A stretch of DNA of 64,000 bases from NCBI GenBank assembly GCA_043797085.1, contig JAZDQA010000012.1:96001-160000 (forward strand), in the 5' to 3' direction. Below are positions 36,973-47,209 of this stretch, in pieces. The position numbers and the translations under genes are program-made. This DNA comes from Pseudomonadota bacterium (lineage in GTDB: Bacteria > Campylobacterota > Campylobacteria > Campylobacterales > Sulfurimonadaceae). Every line of letters begins with the position of its first letter. Positions within the stretch are counted from its first letter, which is position 1. The notes below the pieces were generated by a model that did not search any database, had not been told where the DNA came from, and saw only the letters and a list, made by a program, of their open reading frames with translations.

Positions 36973-38190
36973 ATGAAATTACCGATTACTGTCCCCTATA
37001 ACCTACTCGTCACTCCGCTGCTGATTGCACTTGGCTTTAGTGCTTTTATCTATTTTGAACACTTTCACATGACGATTAAATTCATCAACACGCTTATGGC
37101 GCTTGGAGCACTTTATGGCCTGCTGCATGCTCCGCGCATTGCACTTCCCATAGCAGGATTTTGGATTGGTCTTCTTTGGTGCTACTGGATTGGTTTCAGT
37201 TTTCAATATTATGGGTTTGGATGGGCTACATGGCTAATAGCTCTTGGTTTTGGCGGTGTCTATGCTCTTTATTATGGAACACTTGGACTAACGAGCAATC
37301 CATGGCTTCGAGCACTTATACTCTTTGGATTAACCTATGTATGGCCAATGGATTTTAACTGGATGCAGCCTGAACTTATTTTTGTAGAAAGTTATCTCGG
37401 TTTTGAAAAATGGCAATTTGCCTTAGTCTTAGCACTTTTAGCCTCCACATCATGGTTTTACCGACAGAAAAAGCTTCTGCCTCTGCTATTGCTCCCCTTG
37501 ACCATGCAACCAAAATATACTCCGCCTCCACCGCCACCACTGAAAATCAAACTCATCTCAACCGACATTCCGCAGGATTTAAAATGGCAGGGATTTATTC
37601 TCGAAGATACCATTAATAATAATCTGGATCTTATCGATGAAGCAATAGCTCAGAAATATGATCTAGTCGTTTTACCCGAAGCCGCGTTTACCCTCTATAT
37701 GAATCATGCTCCGATGTTAATGAAAGAACTGCAAAAAAAATCTGCCTCTATTGCTATTCTCACAGGAACACTCCACGATGAAAAAAATCTCAACTACAAT
37801 GTGTCGTATCTTTTTGATCATGGCAAAATCACGGTAGCCAAAAAAATGATTCTTGTCCCTTTTGGAGAATACATACCTCTGCCGTCGTTTTTAAAAGTGT
37901 GGGTAAATCGTCAAATTTTTGGGGGAGGATCGGATTTCGTTACGGCAGATAAGCCAACCGATTTTAGTATAAAAGGGGTGAAATTTCGTAATGCTATCTG
38001 TTACGAAGCCACACGCGAGGAACTTTACACTCCCGACGCTCGCTATCTCATCGCAACCAGTAACAACGGATGGTTTAAACCTTCTATCGAACCTACATTG
38101 CAAAATCTCTTAATCCGATTTTATGCACGAAAAAATAATTCGATGGTGTTTCATTCCGCCAATGGCGGAGGAAGCGGAATAGTCTTTTAG
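36973..38190 (+). CDS. lnt: Apolipoprotein N-acyltransferase
   Basis: Multiple TM segments then nitrilase triad LPE, KKMILVPFGEYIP, ICYE. Confidence 0.92.
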   Translation: MKLPITVPYNLLVTPLLIALGFSAFIYFEHFHMTIKFINTLMALGALYGLLHAPRIALPIAGFWIGLLWCYWIGFSFQYYGFGWATWLIALGFGGVYALYYGTLGLTSNPWLRALILFGLTYVWPMDFNWMQPELIFVESYLGFEKWQFALVLALLASTSWFYRQKKLLPLLLLPLTMQPKYTPPPPPPLKIKLISTDIPQDLKWQGFILEDTINNNLDLIDEAIAQKYDLVVLPEAAFTLYMNHAPMLMKELQKKSASIAILTGTLHDEKNLNYNVSYLFDHGKITVAKKMILVPFGEYIPLPSFLKVWVNRQIFGGGSDFVTADKPTDFSIKGVKFRNAICYEATREELYTPDARYLIATSNNGWFKPSIEPTLQNLLIRFYARKNNSMVFHSANGGGSGIVF

Positions 38191-39644
38191 TGTCGTACTG
38201 TTAAATTTTTAGCATTAATCGCAGCAATGATTTGCTCGATTTGTTTCATCTTTGTCTCTTCATCATCCATATTGTGGATAGCATCGAGATTAAAAGTACT
38301 CAATTTAGTATCCAAATAACCTGTATCCAAGTTTCCGGCTATAAAATCTGGATCACGAACAATTTGACGGTGAAGTGAAATATTGGTAGGTACACCCTCG
38401 ATGATAAATTCATCCAGTGCACGTCGTGCTTTACGTACAACGTCTTCCCATGTCAATGCTGAAACGATAAGCTTTCCGATCATAGAATCATAGTTTGATG
38501 GAATTTGATAGTTGGTATATGCCATACTGTCCAAACGCACACCTGGACCACCTGGAGCTAGATAGTTCGTAATAAGACCCGGTGACGGTACAAATCCAAG
38601 TTTTGGATTTTCAGCATTAATACGGAATTCAATAGCATATCCACGGAATTTAATCTCTTCTTGCAAGAAAATAAGTTGATCACCCTCAGCAATTTGAATC
38701 ATACGTTGGATCAAATCGATTCCTGAAATTGCTTCGGTAACCGGATGCTCAACTTGAACACGGGTATTCATTTCGATGAAATAAATATTGTCATCTTGGT
38801 CTACTAGATATTCGATCGTACCGACACTTTCATATCCAAGTTTGAACATCGCTTTGGTCGAAATACGGTAGAGCTCACGACGAGTTGTTTCATTTAACAA
38901 CGGGGATGGAGCAATTTCGATTACCTTTTGGTGACGACGCTGAATGGAACAGTCACGATCGCCCAAGTGGACAACGTTACCGTATTTATCAGCAACAATT
39001 TGGATTTCAATATGACGAGGATTTTTGAGATATTTTTCAATAAATGTTTCACCACGATTGAAAAATCGTAATGCTTCATTGGTCGCAGACTCATACATCT
39101 CTTTAAAATCTTCCGCTTTCTCAACGATACGCATACCGCGTCCGCCTCCGCCGAAAGCCGCTTTAATAATAACAGGGAAACCTATCTCTGTTGCAATTTT
39201 TTCTGCTTCATTGATGTTGTCAATCGGCTCGTCCGTACCCGGAAGCATAGGAACACCTACGGCACGCATAGCTACTTTTGAGGCCATTTTATCACCAAAA
39301 AGGGCAATATGATCCGCTTTTGGTCCGATGAAAATAATTCCGTTATCCGCACATGCTTGCGCGAATTCAGCACTCTCGGAGAGAAAGCCATATCCAGGAT
39401 GAATCGCATCACAATCTGCTTTTTTAGCCAAAGAAATAATACGTTCATAGTCCAAATAGGCGGCGATTGGATCACCCATAATCGGATAACACTCATCTGC
39501 TTTACGAACCCAGACGCCGTTTACATCTGCTTCAGAAAAAACAACGACACTTTTTTTACCAAGTTCTTTACATGCACGAATAATACGCAATGCAATCTCA
39601 CCACGGTTTGCAATCAAAATTTTATTGATCGTTTTGTGCTCCAT
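38187..39644 (-). CDS. Biotin carboxylase subunit (pyruvate carboxylase A/AccC family)
   Basis: ILIANRGEIA, HPGYGFLSE, GGGGRGMR, RDCSIQRRHQK, EMNTRVQVEH; C-terminal extension suggests PycA rather than AccC. Confidence 0.9.
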   Translation of the reverse strand: MEHKTINKILIANRGEIALRIIRACKELGKKSVVVFSEADVNGVWVRKADECYPIMGDPIAAYLDYERIISLAKKADCDAIHPGYGFLSESAEFAQACADNGIIFIGPKADHIALFGDKMASKVAMRAVGVPMLPGTDEPIDNINEAEKIATEIGFPVIIKAAFGGGGRGMRIVEKAEDFKEMYESATNEALRFFNRGETFIEKYLKNPRHIEIQIVADKYGNVVHLGDRDCSIQRRHQKVIEIAPSPLLNETTRRELYRISTKAMFKLGYESVGTIEYLVDQDDNIYFIEMNTRVQVEHPVTEAISGIDLIQRMIQIAEGDQLIFLQEEIKFRGYAIEFRINAENPKLGFVPSPGLITNYLAPGGPGVRLDSMAYTNYQIPSNYDSMIGKLIVSALTWEDVVRKARRALDEFIIEGVPTNISLHRQIVRDPDFIAGNLDTGYLDTKLSTFNLDAIHNMDDEETKMKQIEQIIAAINAKNLTVRH

Positions 39645-39781
39645 CGAATACCCCAAATAATGAATTTTATTATGAAAATTATACCTAACCTAATATTAAA
39701 CTATAAAACCTCAATGTTATGCTGTTTATTCTTTTGTTTTTTCTTTATTTCGTTTATAATAAGAAAAAAAATGGGGAATTC

Positions 39782-40705
39782 ATGAATATCGCCGCCAACA
39801 TCACTGAACTTATCGGAAATACCCCCCTTGTACATCTTAATGTTCCTTCTAAAACTTCAGGCGCAACAATTTTAGGCAAATGTGAATTTATGAATCCTAC
39901 CAGTTCCGTTAAAGATCGTATTGGATTCAATATGATTAAAACGGCAATGGATGAAGGTAAAATTACTAAAGAGACCCTGATTATAGAACCTACCAGCGGT
40001 AATACAGGCATTGCTCTGGCTTCCATTTGTGCCGCTTTAGGACTTAATCTCACCCTCACTATGCCGGAGTCTATGAGCATTGAACGACGTAATCTGCTTT
40101 ACGCCCTTGGAGCCAACCTCGTTTTGACACCCGCGTCTCAAGGGATGAAAGGGGCAATCGATGAAGCCAATAATCTCAATCAAAATACTCCAAATTCCAT
40201 TGTTTTACAACAATTTTCCAATCCTGCCAATCCTCAGATTCATCGAGAGACAACAGCCCAAGAAATCTTACGCGATACGGATGGGAAGGTAGATATTTTT
40301 GTCGCTGCAGTGGGAACGGGTGGAACCATCACGGGAACAGGCGAAGCACTGCGAGCAGTTTTACCCAATATTCAAATTATCGCGGTAGAGCCGAAAGATT
40401 CATGTATCCTCTCAGGAGGCAAAGCAGGTCCGCATAAAATCCAAGGGATAGGGGCAGGTTTTATCCCTGATATACTTAATACCTCTCTCTACAATGAAGT
40501 CATTACCGTCAGTAATGAAGATGCTATCGCAACCTCTAAAAAACTTGCTCGCGAAGAAGGAATTCTCGTAGGCATCTCTGCTGGTGCGAATGTTTGCGCC
40601 GCTATTGCAGTAGCTTCTCGCCCTGAAAACAAAGGCAAAACCGTAGTTACCATCCTTTGTGACACCGCAGAACGTTACTTAAGCACAGCACTGTTTGAAG
40701 TCTAA
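39782..40705 (+). CDS. cysK: Cysteine synthase A
   Basis: IGNTPLV, SSVKDRI, EPTSGNTG, GTGGT, HKIQGIGAG, ERYLST. Confidence 0.96.
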   Translation: MNIAANITELIGNTPLVHLNVPSKTSGATILGKCEFMNPTSSVKDRIGFNMIKTAMDEGKITKETLIIEPTSGNTGIALASICAALGLNLTLTMPESMSIERRNLLYALGANLVLTPASQGMKGAIDEANNLNQNTPNSIVLQQFSNPANPQIHRETTAQEILRDTDGKVDIFVAAVGTGGTITGTGEALRAVLPNIQIIAVEPKDSCILSGGKAGPHKIQGIGAGFIPDILNTSLYNEVITVSNEDAIATSKKLAREEGILVGISAGANVCAAIAVASRPENKGKTVVTILCDTAERYLSTALFEV

Positions 40706-41276
40706 ACTGTTTTTGGAGACCATCTTGTGCGATGAGGGAGTTGCCCATCATCTCTCTTATCATCAACGGCGGTTGGATTTAACGTTACAAAAGTTTAATC
40801 TCACGGTACACTATAATCTCTCAGAACTTATAACACCGCTGGATGAGACTCTGTATCGATGTCGTTTCTTATATGATGATTTACACTGCAGTATTGAATA
40901 CCATCCCTACACTCCAAAAAAAATCACCACACTGCGTTTGATTCAAGACAACACCATAGAATATTCATCCAAATATGCCAATCGTAATGATTTAAACACC
41001 CTTTTTGAGTTACGAGAGGGATGCGATGATATACTGATTGTAAAAAATGGATGCATTACGGATACTACAATTGCAAATATCGCTCTTTTTATTAACAATC
41101 AATGGCTGACTCCTGAAATACCTCTACTGAAAGGGACGACACGTTCACGACTAATTGATGAGGGGAAAATAATTCCTGCCAATATAAGTATTTTAGATGC
41201 ACTTAACGCACCAAAAATCGCCCTGATGAATGCAATGACAGGCTTCGTTGAGATGGAAAATGGTATAATACTTTAA
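40695..41276 (+). CDS. Aminotransferase class IV / PabC-like (aminodeoxychorismate lyase-like) protein
   Basis: LETI, HQRRL, ITDTTIANI, WLTP..PLLKGTTR, MNAM. Confidence 0.8.
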   Translation: MKSKLFLETILCDEGVAHHLSYHQRRLDLTLQKFNLTVHYNLSELITPLDETLYRCRFLYDDLHCSIEYHPYTPKKITTLRLIQDNTIEYSSKYANRNDLNTLFELREGCDDILIVKNGCITDTTIANIALFINNQWLTPEIPLLKGTTRSRLIDEGKIIPANISILDALNAPKIALMNAMTGFVEMENGIIL

Positions 41277-41277
41277 A

Positions 41278-41356
41278 TTTGAACGCTACGCGGAGTAAAA
41301 CCCAGCGTAGCTGCGCTTGCCGCTATGGCACTGAAGCTTGTCTCCTCGGAGGCAGA
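41278..41356. repeat. Dispersed three-hairpin intergenic element, copy A
   Basis: TTTGAACGC...CTGCGCTTGCCGCTATGGCACTGAAGCTTG...GGCAGA; second copy at 51730. Confidence 0.75.
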
Positions 41357-41384
41357 ATTTAACTACTCATTAGGTTTTATCAAC

Positions 41385-41855
41385 ATGCTATACGATATTA
41401 TAAAAAGCTCTTCGTTTGCCCGACTCATGGAAAATCATGTTCGTGATATGCTCATCTATCTGTTTGAAAATGAACAAAATTTCGGGATTTTATGCAAAAT
41501 CGAATCGGTTAGCTTTGACCCTGTCCTCCCTAAACCTATTGCCGATGAGTTTAGATCCATGACACTCTTTTTTCTTGCAGGATACACTTTTGAAAGTGCT
41601 CGTATCGACAATGACGTTTTAATTTTTGAAGCAGGGTTTGGGCAGGAAAACATTGGCAGTTTTGTAAGCGTCCCTTTGCTGTCCATCGTGCAAGTAATCA
41701 TCGATGATACTCCGGCATTTGTTAATTTGGCACTTCCACATGAGCGAATAATGCCAGCAAACAGTGAAAAAAATGAAGGGGTTCAAAATTCCATGAGTGC
41801 CTTTCTCTCAAATCCTGAAAATCAGAAATTTTTAAAAGAGACACCGAAAAAGTAG
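41385..41855 (+). CDS. Conserved hypothetical protein, possible SspB-like fold
   Basis: ARIDNDVLIFEAGFG...VSVPLLSIVQV resembles the SspB core; start at MLYDII (the upstream ATG lies within the repeat). Confidence 0.6.
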   Translation: MLYDIIKSSSFARLMENHVRDMLIYLFENEQNFGILCKIESVSFDPVLPKPIADEFRSMTLFFLAGYTFESARIDNDVLIFEAGFGQENIGSFVSVPLLSIVQVIIDDTPAFVNLALPHERIMPANSEKNEGVQNSMSAFLSNPENQKFLKETPKK

Positions 41856-42755
41856 TTAGAGCTTTAAGCCCAATAAATACGTTACAACGTTATCAATAAA
41901 GGCATCATGCTTGCGCTCTTTGCTGTAAGCGATGTAAAACTTGCGTTTGATTTTAAAGTTTTTGATTCGCGCTTCAAATAATTTCCCCTCTTCCACTTCA
42001 TCTTGAATAACATGGCGAGAAATGACCGACACAACAGGACGTTCAGCATTTTTAGGAGAGCGAAGGATCGTCTCTTTGATCGCCGTAGAACTTGCTACTA
42101 CACCGATTACGCTAAAACTGGAGCACTCGACACCGATCTCTTCAAAAACTTCCGCTGTCAGCTTGCGAGTATGCGAGTTTTCATCACGGCAAATCCAATC
42201 GAATTTATATAAATCCTCTTTACGAAGCTGCTTAGGAATAGGTTGATTGGAAAAAATAACCAATTCATCTTCTTCCCATTCACGGTAAATAATACCCTCT
42301 TTCATTACAGGCGACTCAATCAGCGCAATATCGATTTTTTTATCCATCAACTGATCGATAATATCTTCCGAAAGGGCAACACGAATATGAACTTCATTGT
42401 TGATTTTATCTTTTAAAGCCGCGAGATACATTGGAAGAACATAGTTTCCAATGGCGTATGAGGCCCCTACAATAAAGGTGAATTCTTTATTGATAATTTT
42501 CAGTAAATCTTTTTCACTGCTGAGAATAGCTTTTTCAAGTCTAATGGCAATTCGATAAAGATCCTCACCCTCTTTTGTAAGCTTAATCCCATTTTTTTTC
42601 CGCTCAACAATACGTGTATCAAGATAATCTTCAATAAATTTGATCTGTTGCGTTACCGCAGGTTGGGAAATTCCAAGCTTAGCAGATGCTTTTGAAAAGC
42701 TTTTTTCTTTGACCACCGTTAAGAAGGTCAAGAGTTTCGCAAAGTCTTTTAACAT
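41856..42755 (-). CDS. LysR-family transcriptional regulator (CysL-like)
   Basis: SFSKASAKLGISQPAVTQQIKFIE HTH; GASYAIGNYVLP; SSTAIK. Confidence 0.92.
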   Translation of the reverse strand: MLKDFAKLLTFLTVVKEKSFSKASAKLGISQPAVTQQIKFIEDYLDTRIVERKKNGIKLTKEGEDLYRIAIRLEKAILSSEKDLLKIINKEFTFIVGASYAIGNYVLPMYLAALKDKINNEVHIRVALSEDIIDQLMDKKIDIALIESPVMKEGIIYREWEEDELVIFSNQPIPKQLRKEDLYKFDWICRDENSHTRKLTAEVFEEIGVECSSFSVIGVVASSTAIKETILRSPKNAERPVVSVISRHVIQDEVEEGKLFEARIKNFKIKRKFYIAYSKERKHDAFIDNVVTYLLGLKL

Positions 42756-42765
42756 AATAATTCCT

Positions 42766-42780
42766 ATAAGTAAAATATAT
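42766..42780. promoter_or_regulatory. Putative LysR T-N11-A autoregulatory box
   Basis: ATAAGTAAAATATAT (ATA-N9-TAT) just upstream of the LysR start. Confidence 0.3.
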
Positions 42781-42892
42781 GACAGTATTATAACCTAGAA
42801 TTATGACCTTTGCAAGCTGTTGCTATTTTTTCACACTTCGAGCGAAATTGAGCTATAATAAAACATCTAATGCAATGAAGGCTCTCTCGGAT

Positions 42893-44941
42893 ATGGATAA
42901 AATTTTTGATAGTCTCAATGATGCTCAACGATCGGCGGTTGAGACGATTGATGGTCCTTTACTCATCCTAGCAGGCGCAGGAAGCGGAAAAACTAAAACC
43001 ATTACCTCGCGTCTCGCTTACCTACTCGATTCCGTAGGTGTTCCCTCCAGCCAAACCCTCACCCTGACGTTCACTAACAAGGCGGCCAAAGAGATGCGTG
43101 AGCGCGCAATGGGGCTTATCTCTCAAAAAAGCTATCCGCCATTACTGTGTACCTTTCATAAATTCGGCTTATTGTTTTTAAAATTTCATATTCATCTACT
43201 GGGACGAAGCAATAGCTTTGTCGTAATTGACAGTGATGACAAAAAAAAGATTCTCAAAAAAATCAATGCAGATCTACCCACCGCACTTGTTGCCAGTGAA
43301 ATTTCTCGTTATAAAAACTCATTAATTGCTCCGCAAGAGGCTTATGCACAAGCTGAACTTACCAACTACAAACATATCGCTAAAATTTACGAAGAGTACC
43401 AAGCCTATTTACTCGATAACAATTTAGTAGACTTTGATGATCTGCTATGTCTTACCTATAAACTGCTTGATGAAAACGATGAACTTTGCACTCAAACCAG
43501 TGAAAAATACCGCTACATTATGATCGATGAGTACCAAGATACCAATGAACTGCAACTGCGGTTACTGCAAAAACTCTGCTCTACCCACAATAATCTCTGT
43601 GTAGTTGGGGATGATGATCAAAGTATTTATGGATGGCGCGGGGCACACGTGCGTAATATTTTGGAGTTTGACCAAGACTTTCCCAATACCACCATCGTAA
43701 AACTTGAACATAACTACCGTTCCACGCAAGCCATTCTTACTGTTGCCAATTCACTCATCGAGCATAATCGATCCCGATTAGGTAAAACGCTTATTGCTAC
43801 TAAAACCGGTGGGGAAGATGTCAAAATCCTTAGTGCACATGACGAGAGCGAAGAATCTCAAAAAGTAGCCAAAGAGATTCGCCGTCTCTTAGACAGTGGC
43901 GTACGCGCTAATGAAATTGCGGTACTGTACCGGATCAATGCCCTTAGTCGTTCTCTCGAAGAGGGTCTAAACCGTGCCGGAGTTGCCTACAAGCTCGTAG
44001 GTGGATTACGCTTTTATGACCGTGCCGAAGTCAAAGACTTGATCAGTTATTTGCGTGTTATCACCAATGTTCATGATAACTTTTCCCTCAAACGTATTAT
44101 CAACAAGCCTAAACGAGGGTTAGGAAAAGCAACCATCGAAAAACTCGAACTCTCCGCAATGGCTGCGAGTAAATCGATGTTTGAATTTATTGACACCTTA
44201 TCTGATGGTGAACTCGAAGGGTTAGCACGCAAAAAAAGTGTCGGTGAATTACGTAACTTTATCCGAGAAATCGTCGAATTACGAGATATTGCCGAAGAAG
44301 CTATTTACCAATTTATCGATCAGCTTGAAAATCGTTTCAAAATCAAAGAAACACTCAAAGGGCTCCCCGATGAAGCCGATAAAATTTCCAATGTGGATGA
44401 ATTTTATGGACTGTTTCGCGATTATGTCAAACAAAACCCTGAGACCTCACTCGCCGAATTTCTAAATGACATTACCCTCCAAAGCGACCAAGATCAAGTC
44501 GAAGGGGAGAGCATCTATATTATGAGTATTCACGCTTCAAAAGGATTGGAATTTGAGCACCTTTTTGTCATTGGAATGGAAGAGGGGTTTTTACCTCTAA
44601 TCGGAGATGGAAGTGATTTGGAAGAGGAACGTCGCCTTGGATATGTTGCTTTTACCCGCGCTAAGAGCAATCTCACTTTATCAAGTGTCAACAGCCGTTT
44701 CTACAAAGGTCGTCGCACAGAACTGCAAAAAAGCCGTTTTATCAATGAGGCAGGTTTATGCGAGGGCTCACTTATTTTAGAAAAAAATACTGCTTACAAA
44801 AAAGGAGATTTAGTGCGCCATAAAATATTCGGTGCCGGACGAGTCGAGGGCGTGAGCAAATCAGGGCGCGAGTTTAAACTTCTCATCAACTTCGGCGGCA
44901 ACAAACGTGATATTCTCGCCTCCTTCGTAGAGAAACTTTAA
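42893..44941 (+). CDS. uvrD: ATP-dependent DNA helicase UvrD/PcrA/Rep
   Basis: LAGAGSGKT, TFTNKAA, DEYQDTN, VGDDDQSIYGWRGA, HASKGLEF, EEERRLGYVAFTRA; start at MDKIFD. Confidence 0.93.
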   Translation: MDKIFDSLNDAQRSAVETIDGPLLILAGAGSGKTKTITSRLAYLLDSVGVPSSQTLTLTFTNKAAKEMRERAMGLISQKSYPPLLCTFHKFGLLFLKFHIHLLGRSNSFVVIDSDDKKKILKKINADLPTALVASEISRYKNSLIAPQEAYAQAELTNYKHIAKIYEEYQAYLLDNNLVDFDDLLCLTYKLLDENDELCTQTSEKYRYIMIDEYQDTNELQLRLLQKLCSTHNNLCVVGDDDQSIYGWRGAHVRNILEFDQDFPNTTIVKLEHNYRSTQAILTVANSLIEHNRSRLGKTLIATKTGGEDVKILSAHDESEESQKVAKEIRRLLDSGVRANEIAVLYRINALSRSLEEGLNRAGVAYKLVGGLRFYDRAEVKDLISYLRVITNVHDNFSLKRIINKPKRGLGKATIEKLELSAMAASKSMFEFIDTLSDGELEGLARKKSVGELRNFIREIVELRDIAEEAIYQFIDQLENRFKIKETLKGLPDEADKISNVDEFYGLFRDYVKQNPETSLAEFLNDITLQSDQDQVEGESIYIMSIHASKGLEFEHLFVIGMEEGFLPLIGDGSDLEEERRLGYVAFTRAKSNLTLSSVNSRFYKGRRTELQKSRFINEAGLCEGSLILEKNTAYKKGDLVRHKIFGAGRVEGVSKSGREFKLLINFGGNKRDILASFVEKL

Positions 44942-45763
44942 TTGAATCGTCTTTTTGTAGCCTATAAGCCCGCAGGGATAAGTTCTAACCATTTTTTAGG
45001 GCGGCTAAAACGTCGGTATGGAGTCAAAAAAGCAGGATTTTCAGGAACACTCGACCCTTTTGCAAAAGGGGTTTTAATTGTCGCTTTTGGCAATCACGGT
45101 CGCCTCTTTCGTTTTTTAAACAAAACTCCCAAGCGCTATCGTGCAACGCTGTGGCTGGGTGCATATTCCCCAACATTGGATATTGAAGGGGTAGAAGAGA
45201 TTGAAACGCTCGAAGCTTTTCCTGTTGAAAAAATAGAAACTGTTATTGCCTCACTTCAAGGAGAACTCAGCTACCTTCCACCCAAATTCAGTGCAAAACG
45301 GCTTAATGGAAGACGTGCCTACGAATTTGCAAGAGCCGGTATTGATGTGGAGCTAAAAACCATTACATCCACAATTCATGAAATAAAAATGCTCCACTAT
45401 TGTCACCCCTTTGTCACCTTCGAAGCAAGCGTTTCGGAGGGGAGCTATATTCGTTCATTGGGTGAAATGGTTGCAGATGCTCTTGGATGCTCAGGCTCAC
45501 TTAGCGCATTAGAACGTTTGAGTGAAGGACAGTTTGTATTCGATAATGAAAATGCAATCGACATAAAAACAGGACTTGGAATCCCTAAAAATCGGTATAA
45601 TGGCACAAAAGAAACCATTCTTTTAGGTCAACCATTAGAGCGATCACTTTTTGAGATAAACGAAAATGGAACCTACTGGATTGATAACGATGAAACAATC
45701 TCCATTGTTGAGATTGCCGATGATAAGGTTCACTATATTCTCAATAAGGTTGAGGCATGCTAA
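44942..45763 (+). CDS. truB: tRNA pseudouridine(55) synthase
   Basis: KAGFSGTLDPFAKG, PPKFSAK, VSEGSYIRSL. Confidence 0.94.
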   Translation: MNRLFVAYKPAGISSNHFLGRLKRRYGVKKAGFSGTLDPFAKGVLIVAFGNHGRLFRFLNKTPKRYRATLWLGAYSPTLDIEGVEEIETLEAFPVEKIETVIASLQGELSYLPPKFSAKRLNGRRAYEFARAGIDVELKTITSTIHEIKMLHYCHPFVTFEASVSEGSYIRSLGEMVADALGCSGSLSALERLSEGQFVFDNENAIDIKTGLGIPKNRYNGTKETILLGQPLERSLFEINENGTYWIDNDETISIVEIADDKVHYILNKVEAC

Positions 45764-45987
45764 TACTTTCACGAAAACTTGATGAATCCATCCTTATTGG
45801 GGATTCAATAATGATCAAAGTAGTCGCCATTGATAAAGGAGTCGTTAAACTCGGTATTGATGCTCCTGCTCATATTCGAGTACTGCGAAGTGAACTCATC
45901 CGTGCAGTGGAAGATTCGAACAAAGCAGCTTCCATTGAGCATGATGAATCACTTTTACATCAACTTGCCAAAAAATTCAAACTATGA
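45757..45987 (+). CDS. csrA: Carbon storage regulator CsrA
   Basis: MLILSRK..ESILIGD, VKLGIDAP, RSEL. Confidence 0.95.
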   Translation: MLILSRKLDESILIGDSIMIKVVAIDKGVVKLGIDAPAHIRVLRSELIRAVEDSNKAASIEHDESLLHQLAKKFKL

Positions 45988-46751
45988 CACGCTACAAAGC
46001 CTTTGCAAAGGTCAATATTTTTTTAAAAATCACAGGGATACGAGGAAACTACCACACGATCACCTCACGATTTATGCGAGTATCCTCTCTTTTTGACACC
46101 CTGTGGTTTGAACCGAAATTAACCCCTGAATTTGAAATCAGAGGAAATTTTGACTGTGAGATACATTCTAACACCATTTACAAAGCTTATAAACACCTCC
46201 TTACCTATACACGCTCAAATGCGCTATCAACCCTAATGGAAGAGAATGCCGTATGCGTTGATAAGCAAATTCCTTCGTATGCAGGGTTAGGCGGTGGAAG
46301 TTCTGATGCCGCCACCTATCTTCATCTGTGCAATGACACTCTCCATCTGGGATTAAGCATCGAAGAACTCTCCGAAATCGGCTCCGCCGTAGGTGCCGAT
46401 GTCCCCTTTTTCGTTTATGGCTACGAGAGTGCCAACGTCAGCGGAATCGGAGAGATTGTTCAGCCGTATAACGAGAAACTCATTGATTTTGAAACGATTA
46501 CCCCGCCCATCCAAATCAGTACCCCTGCGGTTTATCGCTACTATCGTGACCATCTCTATGCTCCCATCAGTACCGAGGAAGCAATCCGTCTTGAATCAAC
46601 ACCTTCTTTGGATATTCTAGCCTCAATGAATGCCAAAGAGGCAAATGACCTTTATGGTGCAGCACTTGGATGTTATCCTGAACTTACCGAAAAAGAGGGA
46701 TGGTTTTTCAGCGGCAGCGGCAGCAGTTTTTTTAGACTAAAGGATAGATAA
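45984..46751 (+). CDS. ispE: 4-diphosphocytidyl-2-C-methyl-D-erythritol kinase
   Basis: [35 protein letters not shown]. Confidence 0.94.
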   Translation: MTRYKAFAKVNIFLKITGIRGNYHTITSRFMRVSSLFDTLWFEPKLTPEFEIRGNFDCEIHSNTIYKAYKHLLTYTRSNALSTLMEENAVCVDKQIPSYAGLGGGSSDAATYLHLCNDTLHLGLSIEELSEIGSAVGADVPFFVYGYESANVSGIGEIVQPYNEKLIDFETITPPIQISTPAVYRYYRDHLYAPISTEEAIRLESTPSLDILASMNAKEANDLYGAALGCYPELTEKEGWFFSGSGSSFFRLKDR

Positions 46752-46753
46752 TC

Positions 46754-47206
46754 ATGGGCGAAAACATAGCCACCAATAAAAAAGCCTTTTTTGACTACCA
46801 CATCGAAGAGAAATTCGAAGCAGGTCTTGTCCTTCACGGCTCTGAAGTCAAAGCACTGCGGGCAGGACGGGTCAACCTCAAAGAGGGGTTTATTAAAATC
46901 GTTCGAGGGGAAGCCTTTTTATTTAATGTCCATATCGGTGTACTCGCGACAACGCACCATTTTTATGCGCATGAAGAACGGGGAAGCCGAAAACTCCTTT
47001 TGCACAAAAAACAAATTGACAAGATGTTCAAAGCAGTCGAAAAAGAAGGCTTCACACTTGTTCCACTCAGCATCTATCTCAATGATCGAAATATTTTTAA
47101 AATGCAAGTTGCTATTGCAAAAGGAAAAAAACTCTACGACAAACGAGAGGACTTAAAAGAAAAAAGTCTTAAGCGGGATATGGAACGAGCACTCAAAGGA
47201 GAATAG
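46754..47206 (+). CDS. smpB: SsrA-binding protein
   Basis: [38 protein letters not shown]. Confidence 0.96.
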   Translation: MGENIATNKKAFFDYHIEEKFEAGLVLHGSEVKALRAGRVNLKEGFIKIVRGEAFLFNVHIGVLATTHHFYAHEERGSRKLLLHKKQIDKMFKAVEKEGFTLVPLSIYLNDRNIFKMQVAIAKGKKLYDKREDLKEKSLKRDMERALKGE

Positions 47207-47209
47207 CAC

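Noticed and set aside
41325..41384. N-terminal extension MALKLVSSEAEF of the 41325 ORF
   Set aside because: This ATG is part of the conserved repeat core and also occurs in non-coding copy B
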